Positions 45,268 through 54,431 are shown, counted from the stretch's first letter. The stretch is DNA of 64,000 bases from Dehalococcoidia bacterium (GCA_963662435.1 OY759598.1:620001-684000), one strand, 5' to 3'. Translations and numbers: made by a program. The notes: generated from the letters alone by a model not told the origin.

Positions 45268-45863
45268 CGTAGTGGGAGAGGGCTAGGGTGAGGGTGAATC
45301 GTAATATCAAAATCATGTGGAACCGGCACAAGTCTGCAAGCGTTCGTCGAAAAGGACAGTTCTTTAGCTCCCTCTCTGTCTCAGTCCTTAATCTCTTGGA
45401 AAAGCAGCGCAATTTTACAATAACGCTCAAAATGCTACAGAATGGTGCAAAATGCTACAGAAATTCAGGGTTCTTACGATGGATGGACTCGCGGCACTCC
45501 CAATCCAACCTCTCTTCAAGAACTCAGGCTAGCCACTCCAAACGCGTGCGTATCACACAAACACCACACACCCACGAGCCAAGACCCGTTCACCCTAAGC
45601 CCCTTCGAAGGGTGCGCCCCGCAACGATACCCCCGGCAGATCGCCCCGACCGCCATTTCATTACAGGTGGTGAGGGTGGCAACCCTCATGAATTATCCAG
45701 AACGCAGCGTAGCGTAGTGAGGAATCCAAAGTCCGCGCAGTTCTGCTTCTAACCCATTAGCAGGAACTACATTTACAAATTGGTCTCACTCTGCGGTCTC
45801 CGCGCCCTCTGCGGTGAACGGTTGCACCAGTAAGCAGTCCTGTCCGGCATCATCCAAGCCCAG

Positions 45864-46910
45864 CTACGACCCCAAATCCCCCACACCGTACTTGGTTGCC
45901 GTCGCCTGCAGCCTCTCCCACGTTGACTCTTCTACATCGATGCCGTGTTCACGCCCGTGCACGGCCTTGAGATGCTCAATCTCGCCGGGATAAAACACTT
46001 CTTCGAACCCCTCGGCCGTCGGCGTGCTCTTGAGATACTGGGCGAATTCCGTCACATCCTGCTTGAACGTTTCAAGTGATCGGAATGCCTCGACGTTGAA
46101 AGCCGCCATGAAGCACCCGTCGTTATGCCTCCCCGTCGGGTCGACCCCGAATCCCAGGCCCGTGAGGAGCCCGGAGAAAATCTCGACGATGGCCGACAGC
46201 CCGTACCCCTTGTGCCCTTCCGTTCCTCCGAGCGGCAGAATCGTACCCCCATCGCTGAAGTCGTTAGGGTCGGTCGTCGCGTTGCCGTTCTTATCGAGAA
46301 TCCAACCCTCCGGTATCTCCTTGCCGCGCGCGACTGCCAGGCTGATCTTCCCCGCGGCAACCGCGCTCGTCGCCATGTCAATGAACAGCGGACCTTCGAG
46401 GTTGCTTGGCATAGCAAAGCAGATAGGGTTCGTGCCCAATCGGGCTTCTCGCCCCCCGAACGGCACGACCCCCTTCGCCGTCCTCCCGGAGTCCGCCGTC
46501 ATCATGCCGATCAACCCTGCCTTCGCCGCCATGATCGGATAGGCTGCCACCCGGCCGACGTGACCTTGCCGGTACACCGTCGCCGCGGCGACGCCGCCTG
46601 CCGTCGCCTTCTCGATAATCGACTGCATGACGAATTTCGACACGTGATACCCGAATCCCCAGTTGCCGTCGACGACCATCGTCGTCGCCGTTTCACGCAC
46701 AACGTCCATCGGCGCGCCGCATACGATGTGCCCCACCTCGATGCGCTCGATGTACGAAGGTATCTGGATGATTCCATGGGAGTCGTGGCCCGCAAGATTG
46801 GCCCCGATAACCCCCTCGGCCACCGAGGCGGCCTCCTCCTTTGACGCCCCCGCTCCCACGAGCAGGTCGCGTGTGATCTTCTCAAGACGGTCGGCTGATA
46901 CGGTTGGCAT
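45864..46910 (-). CDS. Ldh_2 family (type 2 malate/L-lactate) oxidoreductase
   Basis: GHDSHG, LGTNPI, DMATS, GHKGYGL, YPGEIE. Confidence 0.9.
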   Translation of the reverse strand: MPTVSADRLEKITRDLLVGAGASKEEAASVAEGVIGANLAGHDSHGIIQIPSYIERIEVGHIVCGAPMDVVRETATTMVVDGNWGFGYHVSKFVMQSIIEKATAGGVAAATVYRQGHVGRVAAYPIMAAKAGLIGMMTADSGRTAKGVVPFGGREARLGTNPICFAMPSNLEGPLFIDMATSAVAAGKISLAVARGKEIPEGWILDKNGNATTDPNDFSDGGTILPLGGTEGHKGYGLSAIVEIFSGLLTGLGFGVDPTGRHNDGCFMAAFNVEAFRSLETFKQDVTEFAQYLKSTPTAEGFEEVFYPGEIEHLKAVHGREHGIDVEESTWERLQATATKYGVGDLGS

Positions 46911-46924
46911 TTTGTCGGTTGCTC

Positions 46925-47677
46925 CTATTCTGATGGTTTCTTCAAGACGTAGATGATGAAGTTCGGCACGCGGTGCTCATCGTCGAACTCCGGATGTTCT
47001 GCCAGTTGCTCTTCAGTGGGGATCGGCTCATGCAGCGCTTCCAGCACAAAGCCCGCGTCGAGAAATGCGGACACGTAGCTGGACAACGCCCTGTGCATGT
47101 AGATGGACGGCCTCCCCAACCATGGGAATTGAAATTCACGCGGACCTTCCTCCGTGTAGTTGTCAACCGGATGGAACAGCTTGCCGGAAGAGTCTCGGAT
47201 CCAACCGACGAAGTTGCTGGATGCGCTCCGCATCGGGTGGATGTTGCAGACCACAAATCCGCCGCCGGGTCGCAGCACCCGGTAAGCCTCCCTGATCGAC
47301 CGGCGATAGTCGTGGATGTCGACGAGCACGATATACGACACCGCCAAGTCGAAGCTGTCGTCACTTAATCCCTCTAGGTCCTCGGCATTACCGACAAGAT
47401 ACTTTTCCTTGTCCGTCCCCAGAACGCACGCCCGCTCGATCAGCGCCTCCGTCAGGTCGACCCCGGTCATCACTGCGCCTCGCTCGGACAATATACGGCA
47501 GAACCGGCCCTCACCGCAGCCGATGTCGAGGACCTTCTTGCCCGCAACGTCTCCCAGCGAGTCCAGCATCCACGAGTCGAGCATCCCCGAACGGGCGACC
47601 TGGTCCGTCTCGATCCACTTCTGCGCCGCCTCCGTCCACTGGGCGCGAAGGAGCGTATTGAGTTCCGTGTCGCTCAT
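46925..47677 (-). CDS. Class I SAM-dependent methyltransferase (paralog 1)
   Basis: VLDIGCGEG, RVLRPGG. Confidence 0.9.
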   Translation of the reverse strand: MSDTELNTLLRAQWTEAAQKWIETDQVARSGMLDSWMLDSLGDVAGKKVLDIGCGEGRFCRILSERGAVMTGVDLTEALIERACVLGTDKEKYLVGNAEDLEGLSDDSFDLAVSYIVLVDIHDYRRSIREAYRVLRPGGGFVVCNIHPMRSASSNFVGWIRDSSGKLFHPVDNYTEEGPREFQFPWLGRPSIYMHRALSSYVSAFLDAGFVLEALHEPIPTEEQLAEHPEFDDEHRVPNFIIYVLKKPSE

Positions 47678-47730
47678 TTCGCGGTTCTACCAATCGAAGG
47701 TTCGGGGCTAAGTGTCATACAGCTAGGCTC

Positions 47731-47853
47731 CTAGTGCCATTTTCATTTGAAGGTGACGGTCGAATAGAGAGGCGCTTGTCCCCTCTCCCGTTGTGGGAGA
47801 GGGTTAGGGTCAGGGTGAATCGTAATATCAAGATCATGTGGAACCGGTACTAG
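47731..47853. mobile_element. Intact 123-bp MITE-like element
   Basis: CTAG at both ends, imperfect ~20-bp terminal IRs (CTAGTGCCATTTTCATTTGA / TCATGTGGAACCGGTACTAG), central CCCTCTCCC..GGGAGAGGG hairpin. Confidence 0.75.
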
Positions 47854-48590
47854 TCCGAGTGTTTCTTCAATACGTAGATGATGAAGTTCGGCACGCGAAG
47901 TTCAACGTCAAACTTGGGGTTTTCGACCAACTGCTCATCAGATGGAACCGGCTCGTGCAGCCCTTCCAGCTCGAAGCCCGCGTCGAGGAAGGCGGAGACG
48001 TAGCTGGACACCATCCTGTGCATGTTCACTATCGAAGTGCTCCCAAGCATGATGAACTCACGCTTGCCCTCCTCTGTGTAGTTGTCGAGCGGATAGAACA
48101 GCTTCCTCCTATGGTCTCGGATCCACCCGGCGTTGTTGATGCTCGCAGTCCGCATAGGGTGGACGTTGCACACGACGAATCGACCGCCGGGACGGAGAAT
48201 TCGATACGCCTCCCGAATCGACCGGTGATAGTCGAGCAGGTCGACGAGCACGATGTACGACACCGCCAGATCGAAGGCTTCGTCATCCACCCCTTCAAGG
48301 TTCTCCGCATCGCCTAGGAGGTACGTTTCCTTGTCGCTCCCCTGTACTCGCGCCCTCTCGATCAGCGCCTCAGTCAGATCGACGCCGGTCACCGTCGCGC
48401 CTCGTTCGGACAATATCCGGCAGAATCGACCCTCCCCGCAGCCGATGTCGACTACCCTCATGCCCGCAACGTCTCCCAGCGCGTCCAGCATCCACGAGTC
48501 GAGCATCCCCGTGCGGTGAACATGGTCCTTCTCGATCCAGTCCTGCGCCGCCTCCGTCCACTGGGTGCGGAGCCGTTCTTCGAGTTCCAT
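47850..48590 (-). CDS. Class I SAM-dependent methyltransferase (paralog 2)
   Basis: VVDIGCGEG; long identical stretches with paralog 1; start MELEERL. Confidence 0.9.
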   Translation of the reverse strand: MELEERLRTQWTEAAQDWIEKDHVHRTGMLDSWMLDALGDVAGMRVVDIGCGEGRFCRILSERGATVTGVDLTEALIERARVQGSDKETYLLGDAENLEGVDDEAFDLAVSYIVLVDLLDYHRSIREAYRILRPGGRFVVCNVHPMRTASINNAGWIRDHRRKLFYPLDNYTEEGKREFIMLGSTSIVNMHRMVSSYVSAFLDAGFELEGLHEPVPSDEQLVENPKFDVELRVPNFIIYVLKKHSD

Positions 48591-48689
48591 GGGTCTCCAT
48601 TTCACTTGCGTACAGCGCAAGATCGGTGATAATACGTAATCCGACCATTATACGGCCCCGACTAGGCCCGCGACAGGAGGTCACGCTTC

Positions 48690-49064
48690 GTGAGCGAGCG
48701 CGATATCGAGATCACCGCAGGTCAGGTAACGGTCAGCGCCGTGCTGAACGACTCCGACACAGCTTCCAGGATATGGGAGGCCCTCCCCATCGAGGCGTCC
48801 GCCAGCACTTGGGGTGACGAAATCTATTTCGGCATACCCGTCTCGGCCGCTGAGGAAGACCCTCATGAGGTCGTCGAACTCGGAGACCTCGGCTACTGGC
48901 CTCCCGGCAACGCGTTCTGCATGTTCTTTGGACCCACTCCCATGAGCCGTGGCGACGAAATCCGTCCCGCCAGTTCCGTCACTGTCATCGGACGAATGCA
49001 CGGCGACCCTACCTCGCTCAAGAGGGTGGGTTCCGGCGCACCGGTTCTGATTGAGCGAGTTTGA
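48690..49064 (+). CDS. Cyclophilin-like fold protein (TM1367/DUF369-like)
   Basis: ALPI..WGDEIYF..GDLGYWPPG.AFCMFFGPTP. Confidence 0.88.
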   Translation: MSERDIEITAGQVTVSAVLNDSDTASRIWEALPIEASASTWGDEIYFGIPVSAAEEDPHEVVELGDLGYWPPGNAFCMFFGPTPMSRGDEIRPASSVTVIGRMHGDPTSLKRVGSGAPVLIERV

Positions 49065-49113
49065 CCTACACAGCCCCATCCCTCACCATAAATATGGACG
49101 AATTCAATCACTT

Positions 49114-49199
49114 CTGGTACTCAGTCAACTTGAATATGATGAACAGGCAGATGCCGCATTATCACCTCTCCCGTCGTGGGAGATGGCTGGGGTGAGGGT
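49114..49199. repeat. Truncated copy of the 123-bp MITE
   Basis: CTGGTACTCAGTCAACTTGAATATGATGAAC..CTCTCCCGTCGTGGGAG matches 43481 onward. Confidence 0.7.
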
Positions 49200-49224
49200 A
49201 TATCCCACACAGGGGAACACTTAA

Positions 49225-49896
49225 ATGACGAGATTCAGCGACATACTTCGCGACCGCGCCTCAGTGATTTGGGAACAGGAACACGACCACCCCTTCGTAG
49301 CGGAGTTGGGGCAGGGCACTCTCCCTCTGGAAAATTTCCAGTGGTACATGAAGCAGGACTACCTGTTCCTGATCGAATTCTCCCGCGTCATCGCGCTTGC
49401 CGTCGCCAAGGCCGAGACCCTGGAAGACATGGGCTGGTTCGCTCGACTGCTCCACGAGACCCTCAACACGGAGATGTCACTGCACGTCAGTTTCTGCGAG
49501 GACTTCGGCATATCCGAAAGTGATCTACTGTCAACTCGCCTGGCGCCAACCACTCGCGCTTACACAGACCATATGCTCTCAAATGCCCACTCCGGCACGA
49601 TTGCGGAAATCGCCGCGACGCTCCTCCCATGCTCATGGGGATACGCCGAAATCGGTCAGGCGCTCGAGGCCCGTAGCAAGCCGGCACACCAACCGCTCTA
49701 CTGCCGCTGGATCGAGATGTACAGCTCGACGGAATTCGGAGAACTGGCCGAATGGCTCCGTTTATTCATCGATCGTACGGCTGAGCGACTCTCGCAATCG
49801 CAACGCGATCGTCTCGTCGCGATCTTTATCACGAACAGCAAGTACGAGTTCCTATTCTGGGATGCCGCATACCGGATGGAGGAGTGGCCTGTGTGA
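49225..49896 (+). CDS. tenA: Thiaminase II (TenA)
   Basis: HPFV, YMKQDYLFL, LLPCSWGYAEIG, WIEMYSS, YEFLFWDAAY. Confidence 0.92.
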   Translation: MTRFSDILRDRASVIWEQEHDHPFVAELGQGTLPLENFQWYMKQDYLFLIEFSRVIALAVAKAETLEDMGWFARLLHETLNTEMSLHVSFCEDFGISESDLLSTRLAPTTRAYTDHMLSNAHSGTIAEIAATLLPCSWGYAEIGQALEARSKPAHQPLYCRWIEMYSSTEFGELAEWLRLFIDRTAERLSQSQRDRLVAIFITNSKYEFLFWDAAYRMEEWPV

Positions 49897-50111
49897 GAAT
49901 GGAATCGGAACGAATGGCGTTATTCGCCCTGTCGAAAGATACTGTACGAATACCGTCGTAAATTGTCGCAAGATTGCTGAGTATGTACGTTTCCGCATAT
50001 CATCAGAACGTTTGCTCCCGGCATTCTTCATGGAGTGAGGATAAGACGTAGGTGCGAATTGTCGAATTCGTGCTCTAAACCATATTCTTCGTAAAGAATC
50101 CCGCAACTGCC

Positions 50112-50141
50112 TTGACAACGAAATTCGTAACGGAGTATCAT
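50112..50141 (+). promoter_or_regulatory. Sigma70 promoter overlapped by AAATTC(C)GTAAC repeat
   Basis: TTGACA-18-TATCAT; repeat at 50121 and 50162. Confidence 0.6.
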
Positions 50142-50203
50142 GCCGTTCTTAGATAGCAAGTAAATTCCGTAACCTGATATTCATGGAGTGGGAGGTGACT
50201 CAA

Positions 50204-50401
50204 ATGGTTTCATTCAAAGCATGTCCTCGGTGCAGCGGGGACGTAGTAACGAAGATGGATATGTACGGGCGGTTCAACGAGTGTCTCCAGTGCGGACACG
50301 CCGTCGATCTCCCGACACAGCGAGCCGTGTTCAATTGGACCAAGGGCCGGCTTAAGCCGGGACGCCCTCGTAAAGACGCCGCTCAGAGAGATGCTGCATA
50401 G
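50204..50401 (+). CDS. Small Zn-ribbon protein with AT-hook-like basic tail
   Basis: CPRC-x16-CLQC and KPGRPRK; GGAGGT RBS; own promoter and terminator. Confidence 0.75.
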   Translation: MVSFKACPRCSGDVVTKMDMYGRFNECLQCGHAVDLPTQRAVFNWTKGRLKPGRPRKDAAQRDAA

Positions 50402-50430
50402 TTAGACGTCCAAGACTACTGACCAAGACG

Positions 50431-50464
50431 AAACAGCACCCGGGCGACTACAGGGTGCTGTTTT
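50431..50464 (+). terminator. Intrinsic terminator
   Basis: AAACAGCACCC..GGGTGCTGTTTT. Confidence 0.75.
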
Positions 50465-50495
50465 CACGTCAGGCCAACTTCTCTTGGAAAAGCTG

Positions 50496-50524
50496 TTGAC
50501 AGGCACTTTTGTCTCATGTACATT
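50496..50524 (+). promoter_or_regulatory. Sigma70 promoter
   Basis: TTGACA-17-TACATT. Confidence 0.6.
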
Positions 50525-50578
50525 AATTCCGGCATGATAATTCATGTCGTATTGTTCACCCTAAGGAGGTAACAGGAA

Positions 50579-50851
50579 ATGGAAACGTCGGTACTGGATC
50601 CGCAGGTCGCCACGGGTGTGGCCGTTGCAGACATGCCGCCATGCAATCACCAATGGATGATCGACTCGCCTAACGGGCCGCAGAGCAGGGGCGAATGCCG
50701 ACTCTGCGGAGCTGAGCGATACTTCCAGAATTATATCGAAGGTTCCAGCTGGGGCTACAACGTTACCCTCGACCAGCTTCGCGGCGACAACAACAGGTTG
50801 CCGGTGGATACCCCTTCAAGGTCCAAGACGAGTCTGGCTGAGGAACTCTAG
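50579..50851 (+). CDS. Small CxHxW..CxxC Zn-finger-like protein
   Basis: CNHQW..CRLC; TAAGGAGGT RBS. Confidence 0.75.
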   Translation: METSVLDPQVATGVAVADMPPCNHQWMIDSPNGPQSRGECRLCGAERYFQNYIEGSSWGYNVTLDQLRGDNNRLPVDTPSRSKTSLAEEL

Positions 50852-50874
50852 AACACCAAGCGGAATAAATGTGG

Positions 50875-50913
50875 ACTCCGCGGTCGTCAACCGGTCGCGG
50901 AGTTTTCCTTTTT
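50875..50913 (+). terminator. Intrinsic terminator
   Basis: ACTCCGCG..CGCGGAGT followed by T-runs. Confidence 0.7.
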
Positions 50914-50929
50914 CCTGGGTTCCTAAAGG

Positions 50930-51760
50930 CTAGCGGAACAGGTCATCCGCACGTTCCCTGACCAGTTCACTCGCCGACCCGCTGCCAGTTGCGTAGCGGA
51001 CACCCCTAGCAATGACTACAGGGACCTGGTCAACCTTGCCCATTACCAGTTCCGATGCTGCGGCGACCTCATCTGCCGTTGCGATTTTCGTAACACCCAT
51101 TACCTTCGACTGCACGTCCGCCTGCCCTCGGTAGTCGATGAACGGGTCCATTCCCGCAACTCCGATGGCGAAGTTTACGTGCCCTTCGCGCCAAGCTCTC
51201 CCGAACGTATCGGTGATGATGACGGCTAGCTCCTGAATCCCGGTCCCGCGCCTGAATCGCCGCAACAATTCTCCAGCCGAACCGTCGGGGTCCTTTGGAA
51301 GCAGCATCACTGTATCTTCTCCGACGACATTCGACGCATCTATACCCGAGTTGGCGCAAACGAATCCATGCCTGGTCTCCGTTATCAGTATTCCCCTGTC
51401 ATGGTCCTGCCGCACGATCCCGACGCTCTCGCGTATTACCAACTCCACGAGCCGAGGATCGCGCCCTGTAGGTTCTGCGAACCGGCGCGCGAAGTCCGAG
51501 GGCTCGATCTCCGCGAGGTGGACTGCGCGTCCCTCTGCCTTTGAGACGATTTTCTGCGTCACTACGACGATGTCACCGCTCTTCAGTGGCGAATTCTGCA
51601 ATCGCATTGCTCGCAAGATCAGGGCAGCCAGGTCGCAGCTCAAGGTGACTTCCGGTATTCCGGAGACTCCGATGAAGTGGGCTTCGCTGCCGCCGCCTGT
51701 CGGTGCATTGACTTCATTCATCATGAACGGCGTTATATCATCGGGCAGTTTGCCGGTCAA
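50930..51760 (-). CDS. cofE: Coenzyme F420-0:L-glutamate ligase
   Basis: VVTQKIVSKAEG, CANSGIDASN, LLPKDPD, DTFGRAWR. Confidence 0.92.
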   Translation of the reverse strand: MTGKLPDDITPFMMNEVNAPTGGGSEAHFIGVSGIPEVTLSCDLAALILRAMRLQNSPLKSGDIVVVTQKIVSKAEGRAVHLAEIEPSDFARRFAEPTGRDPRLVELVIRESVGIVRQDHDRGILITETRHGFVCANSGIDASNVVGEDTVMLLPKDPDGSAGELLRRFRRGTGIQELAVIITDTFGRAWREGHVNFAIGVAGMDPFIDYRGQADVQSKVMGVTKIATADEVAAASELVMGKVDQVPVVIARGVRYATGSGSASELVRERADDLFR

Positions 51761-51819
51761 CGGTCAGGGTTTGATATACTCAGACTTCCACCCCCCAATT
51801 GGTGATTATGCAACCCTCC

Positions 51820-52692
51820 ATGCAGCTTCTGAGAAGCCTCCTCTTCGTACCGGGTAACCGGACCAACATGCTGGAAAAGGCACTGGGACTTGGTCCCGAT
51901 GCGGTCGTTCCCGATATGGAGGACTCCGTTCCCATTGCCGAAAAGGAGAGAGCGCGCGAGATCGTCGCCTCCTTCCTTCCTAGGCTCGCGGAGTCAGGTC
52001 ATCAGATCATCCCCAGAGTGAACGCCCTCCACACCGGCCTGATGGAAGCCGATATCAACGCCGTCACCGGGCCGTACACAGACGGCCTTTCCGTAGGTAA
52101 GGTTGGAAACGCAGAGGACGTGCGGCAAATCGCGGACGCCGTCGGGCGGGCGGAGGTAGCTGCCGGAGTTCCGTTTGGGAGAACAGCCCTGGTACTCTGG
52201 ATTGAAACTGCAAGCGCAATTGAGAACGCCTACACAATCTGCCGGGCATCGAAGCGCGTCCTTGCCGTCGCGTTCGGCGGTGAGGACTTCACAAACGACA
52301 TGGCGATTGAAAGATCGGAATCCGAGGATGAGATCGCACACGCGCGCAGCGTCGTGGCGGTGGCAGCCCGTGCGGCGGGAGTACTAGCCCTGGAAACGCC
52401 GTACTTCAATTTTAGGGACGATGATGGACTGCGACGAAATTCGACGGCATCCAGGAACCTTGGCTTCAGGGGTCGCTTCGCCATTCACCCAAGTCAGATC
52501 GATGGAATAAATGCCTCATACATGCCGTCGGAATCAGAGATTGGCCAGGCCCGCCGAGTTGTCGACGCCTTCACGGAAGCGGAAAGTCGGGGCAGCGCAG
52601 CTACCTCCCTCGACGGCATGGTGATCGACGTTCCCGTAGTCGAGCGGGCCCGCAAAGTCCTCACCATCGCAAATTCGGCCAACGACGCATAG
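51820..52692 (+). CDS. CitE/HpcH-family CoA ester lyase
   Basis: RSLLFVPGN, DMEDSV, FGGEDF, IHPSQI, GMVIDVP. Confidence 0.88.
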   Translation: MQLLRSLLFVPGNRTNMLEKALGLGPDAVVPDMEDSVPIAEKERAREIVASFLPRLAESGHQIIPRVNALHTGLMEADINAVTGPYTDGLSVGKVGNAEDVRQIADAVGRAEVAAGVPFGRTALVLWIETASAIENAYTICRASKRVLAVAFGGEDFTNDMAIERSESEDEIAHARSVVAVAARAAGVLALETPYFNFRDDDGLRRNSTASRNLGFRGRFAIHPSQIDGINASYMPSESEIGQARRVVDAFTEAESRGSAATSLDGMVIDVPVVERARKVLTIANSANDA

Positions 52693-52858
52693 ATGACCAT
52701 TGCCATAATGACATTTTCCAGTCGCTCCGCGGCATACCCGCTACGGGCGACCTTCGCGCAACCACCGCCACTCCTGCAAAAGCCGGAATCCGGATCAACT
52801 GAAACGCAAGAACAGACCTGACGATCTCCAGACGTCACGAAGACACGAGAAGGCTCCA

Positions 52859-53248
52859 ATGGACAAAATCATTCTCAGCGGTATGGTGTTCTACGGCTTT
52901 CACGGCATGAGTGAGGCTGAGCAAGAGCTTGGCCAGCGGTTCGATGTCGATCTTGTCGTGCAGCAGGATCTCAGTAGGGCAGGCGAGTCCGATATGCTCG
53001 AGGATACCCTCAGCTATACTCACCTATACCGCACGGTCAAGGGGATCGTGGAGGGACCAAGCCGTAAGCTCCTTGAGAATGTGGCAGAGACGATTGCGGC
53101 AAAGATAATCGCCGAGACGTGCGTCGAGTCTGTTCAAGTGACAGTCAAGAAACCCAAGGTCCCCATGAAGGGAAGCGTGTTGGACTATGCAGCTGTGGAA
53201 ATAGTCCGTCATCGCGACCACGATCGAACGGATGCCGCTACTGGCTGA
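52859..53248 (+). CDS. folB: Dihydroneopterin aldolase
   Basis: FYGFHG..EQELGQRF, LLENVAETIA, VKKPKVP. Confidence 0.93.
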   Translation: MDKIILSGMVFYGFHGMSEAEQELGQRFDVDLVVQQDLSRAGESDMLEDTLSYTHLYRTVKGIVEGPSRKLLENVAETIAAKIIAETCVESVQVTVKKPKVPMKGSVLDYAAVEIVRHRDHDRTDAATG

Positions 53249-53530
53249 ACGTTACCCTAGACCCAAGAGGATGTCCTGGCTGCACTCCGATCACCTTGAA
53301 CAGCGTAACCCTCACGCGTGGGGTCTTACCGAGGTGTCAGCAATTGCTGGCAGATACTCACTGCTCAGTCAACTAAAGCACCCACAGCCGTCTTCCTCGT
53401 GTCACCCCGATTTGACTAATGCGCACGTAAGGTCTATTCTCTTACTGTGCCTGAAGCCGCACTATCGGCATTTGAGAAATGAATCACGCCTCCCACTCCC
53501 AGTGCGCTTGCAGTGTACCTTGGCGAGGCC

Positions 53531-53560
53531 AAATGTCCCGAAATGTCCCGAAATGTCACA
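53531..53560 (+). repeat. Triple 10-bp tandem repeat
   Basis: AAATGTCCCG AAATGTCCCG AAATGTCACA; analogous triplets at 43453-43482 and 45430-45459. Confidence 0.7.
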
Positions 53561-53688
53561 CTTCTTAGTAGTTCTCTCTCAGAGGGTAGGCCCCGGGGTA
53601 GAGTCCCGGTTGTCCTACCTGCTGTGATTGAACTTGAAATGCGGCGACTGCTACAATGCCGTCCACCTAAAAGAAGGGGAGTGAGGCA

Positions 53689-53874
53689 ATGCCCGTAGTT
53701 ACCATACAGCTGCTCTCAGGCAGGTCCAAGGACCAGAAGACTAAAATAGCGAAGGCGGTCACAGACGCACTGGTAGACATTGGCGGCGCAAGGCCACAGG
53801 GCGTTCAGGTCATATTCGATGACGTGGAAAAGGACGACTGGGCGAACGCCGGTGTCCTCATGTCGGACAAGTAA
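53689..53874 (+). CDS. 4-oxalocrotonate tautomerase family protein
   Basis: N-terminal Pro, GRSKDQK, WANAG; 61 aa. Confidence 0.9.
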   Translation: MPVVTIQLLSGRSKDQKTKIAKAVTDALVDIGGARPQGVQVIFDDVEKDDWANAGVLMSDK

Positions 53875-53980
53875 TCGGCGCTGGCATTTTGGCAGCCTGA
53901 GCGACGGAAACACTGTAGACAGACATGGTCGTCGCGCCGTCAACCATGCGGTTCTCGGCGTTTTGACGCATGCCCTGTAA

Positions 53981-54010
53981 TTGACACTCGAAGCGACGCT
54001 CCTATATAGT
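53981..54010 (+). promoter_or_regulatory. tRNA cluster promoter
   Basis: TTGACA-18-TATAGT, 13 nt before first tRNA. Confidence 0.65.
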
Positions 54011-54023
54011 TGACCTACGGTTT

Positions 54024-54100
54024 GGCAACGTAGCTCAGTCGGTTAGAGCGGGCGCTTCATAAGCGCTAGGTCACTGGTTCGAGTCCAGTCGTTGCCACCA
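54024..54100 (+). tRNA. tRNA-Met (CAT), elongator type
   Basis: Cloverleaf GGCAACG/CGTTGCC, paired G1-C72, loop TTCATAA, GTTCGAG, encoded CCA. Confidence 0.9.
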
Positions 54101-54174
54101 CCGGAACGGCCGAGCCGCTCGCGCGGGCTTGGTGGGGCACCAGACCGGTCGGTTCGGGCACCACTTGAGGAGAT

Positions 54175-54250
54175 GGGCGGTTAGCTCAGTGGTTAGAGCG
54201 CTTGCTTCACACGCAAGAGGTCCGAGGTTCGACCCCTCGACCGCCCACCA
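54175..54250 (+). tRNA. tRNA-Val (CAC)
   Basis: GGGCGGT/ACCGCCC, anticodon arm CTTGC-TTCACAC-GCAAG, CCA. Confidence 0.95.
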
Positions 54251-54295
54251 GCAGGTGCGATTTGGCCGGAATCATGAGCGAAGAACGAAAAAATT

Positions 54296-54383
54296 GCCGA
54301 AGTGGCGGAATTGGTAGACGCGCTACATTCAGGATGTAGTGCCCGAAACGGGCGTGTGGGTTCGAGTCCCTCCTTCGGCACCA
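54296..54383 (+). tRNA. tRNA-Leu (CAG)
   Basis: GCCGAAG/CTTCGGC, CTACA-TTCAGGA-TGTAG, long variable arm, CCA. Confidence 0.95.
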
Positions 54384-54431
54384 ATAGATAGCAAGCGCCC
54401 TCGCCAGGGCGAAGGGGAATTTTGGAGATAC

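Larger units (their letters stand above)
43481..45332. mobile_element. 123-bp MITE-like element interrupted by IS1182
   Basis: Removing the IS and one target duplication leaves 123 bp collinear with 47731-47853. Confidence 0.75.

Noticed and set aside
49065..49224. TPP riboswitch upstream of tenA
   Set aside because: No CTGAGA or matching aptamer core; the region is a truncated MITE.
50003..50018. AGAAC-GTTT-GCTCC as a LexA box for the Zn-ribbon gene
   Set aside because: Mismatched and about 95 bp upstream of the promoter; too weak alone.
52693..52858. Folate/ZTP riboswitch upstream of folB
   Set aside because: Only a generic hairpin and a degenerate REP copy; no aptamer consensus.
43453..53560. 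Decamer triplets and REP clusters as CRISPR arrays
   Set aside because: No repeat-spacer periodicity and no cas genes.
54024..54100. CAT tRNA as initiator or Ile2
   Set aside because: G1-C72 is paired and the anticodon stem lacks three G-C pairs; the acceptor stem resembles elongator Met, though Ile2 is not fully excluded.
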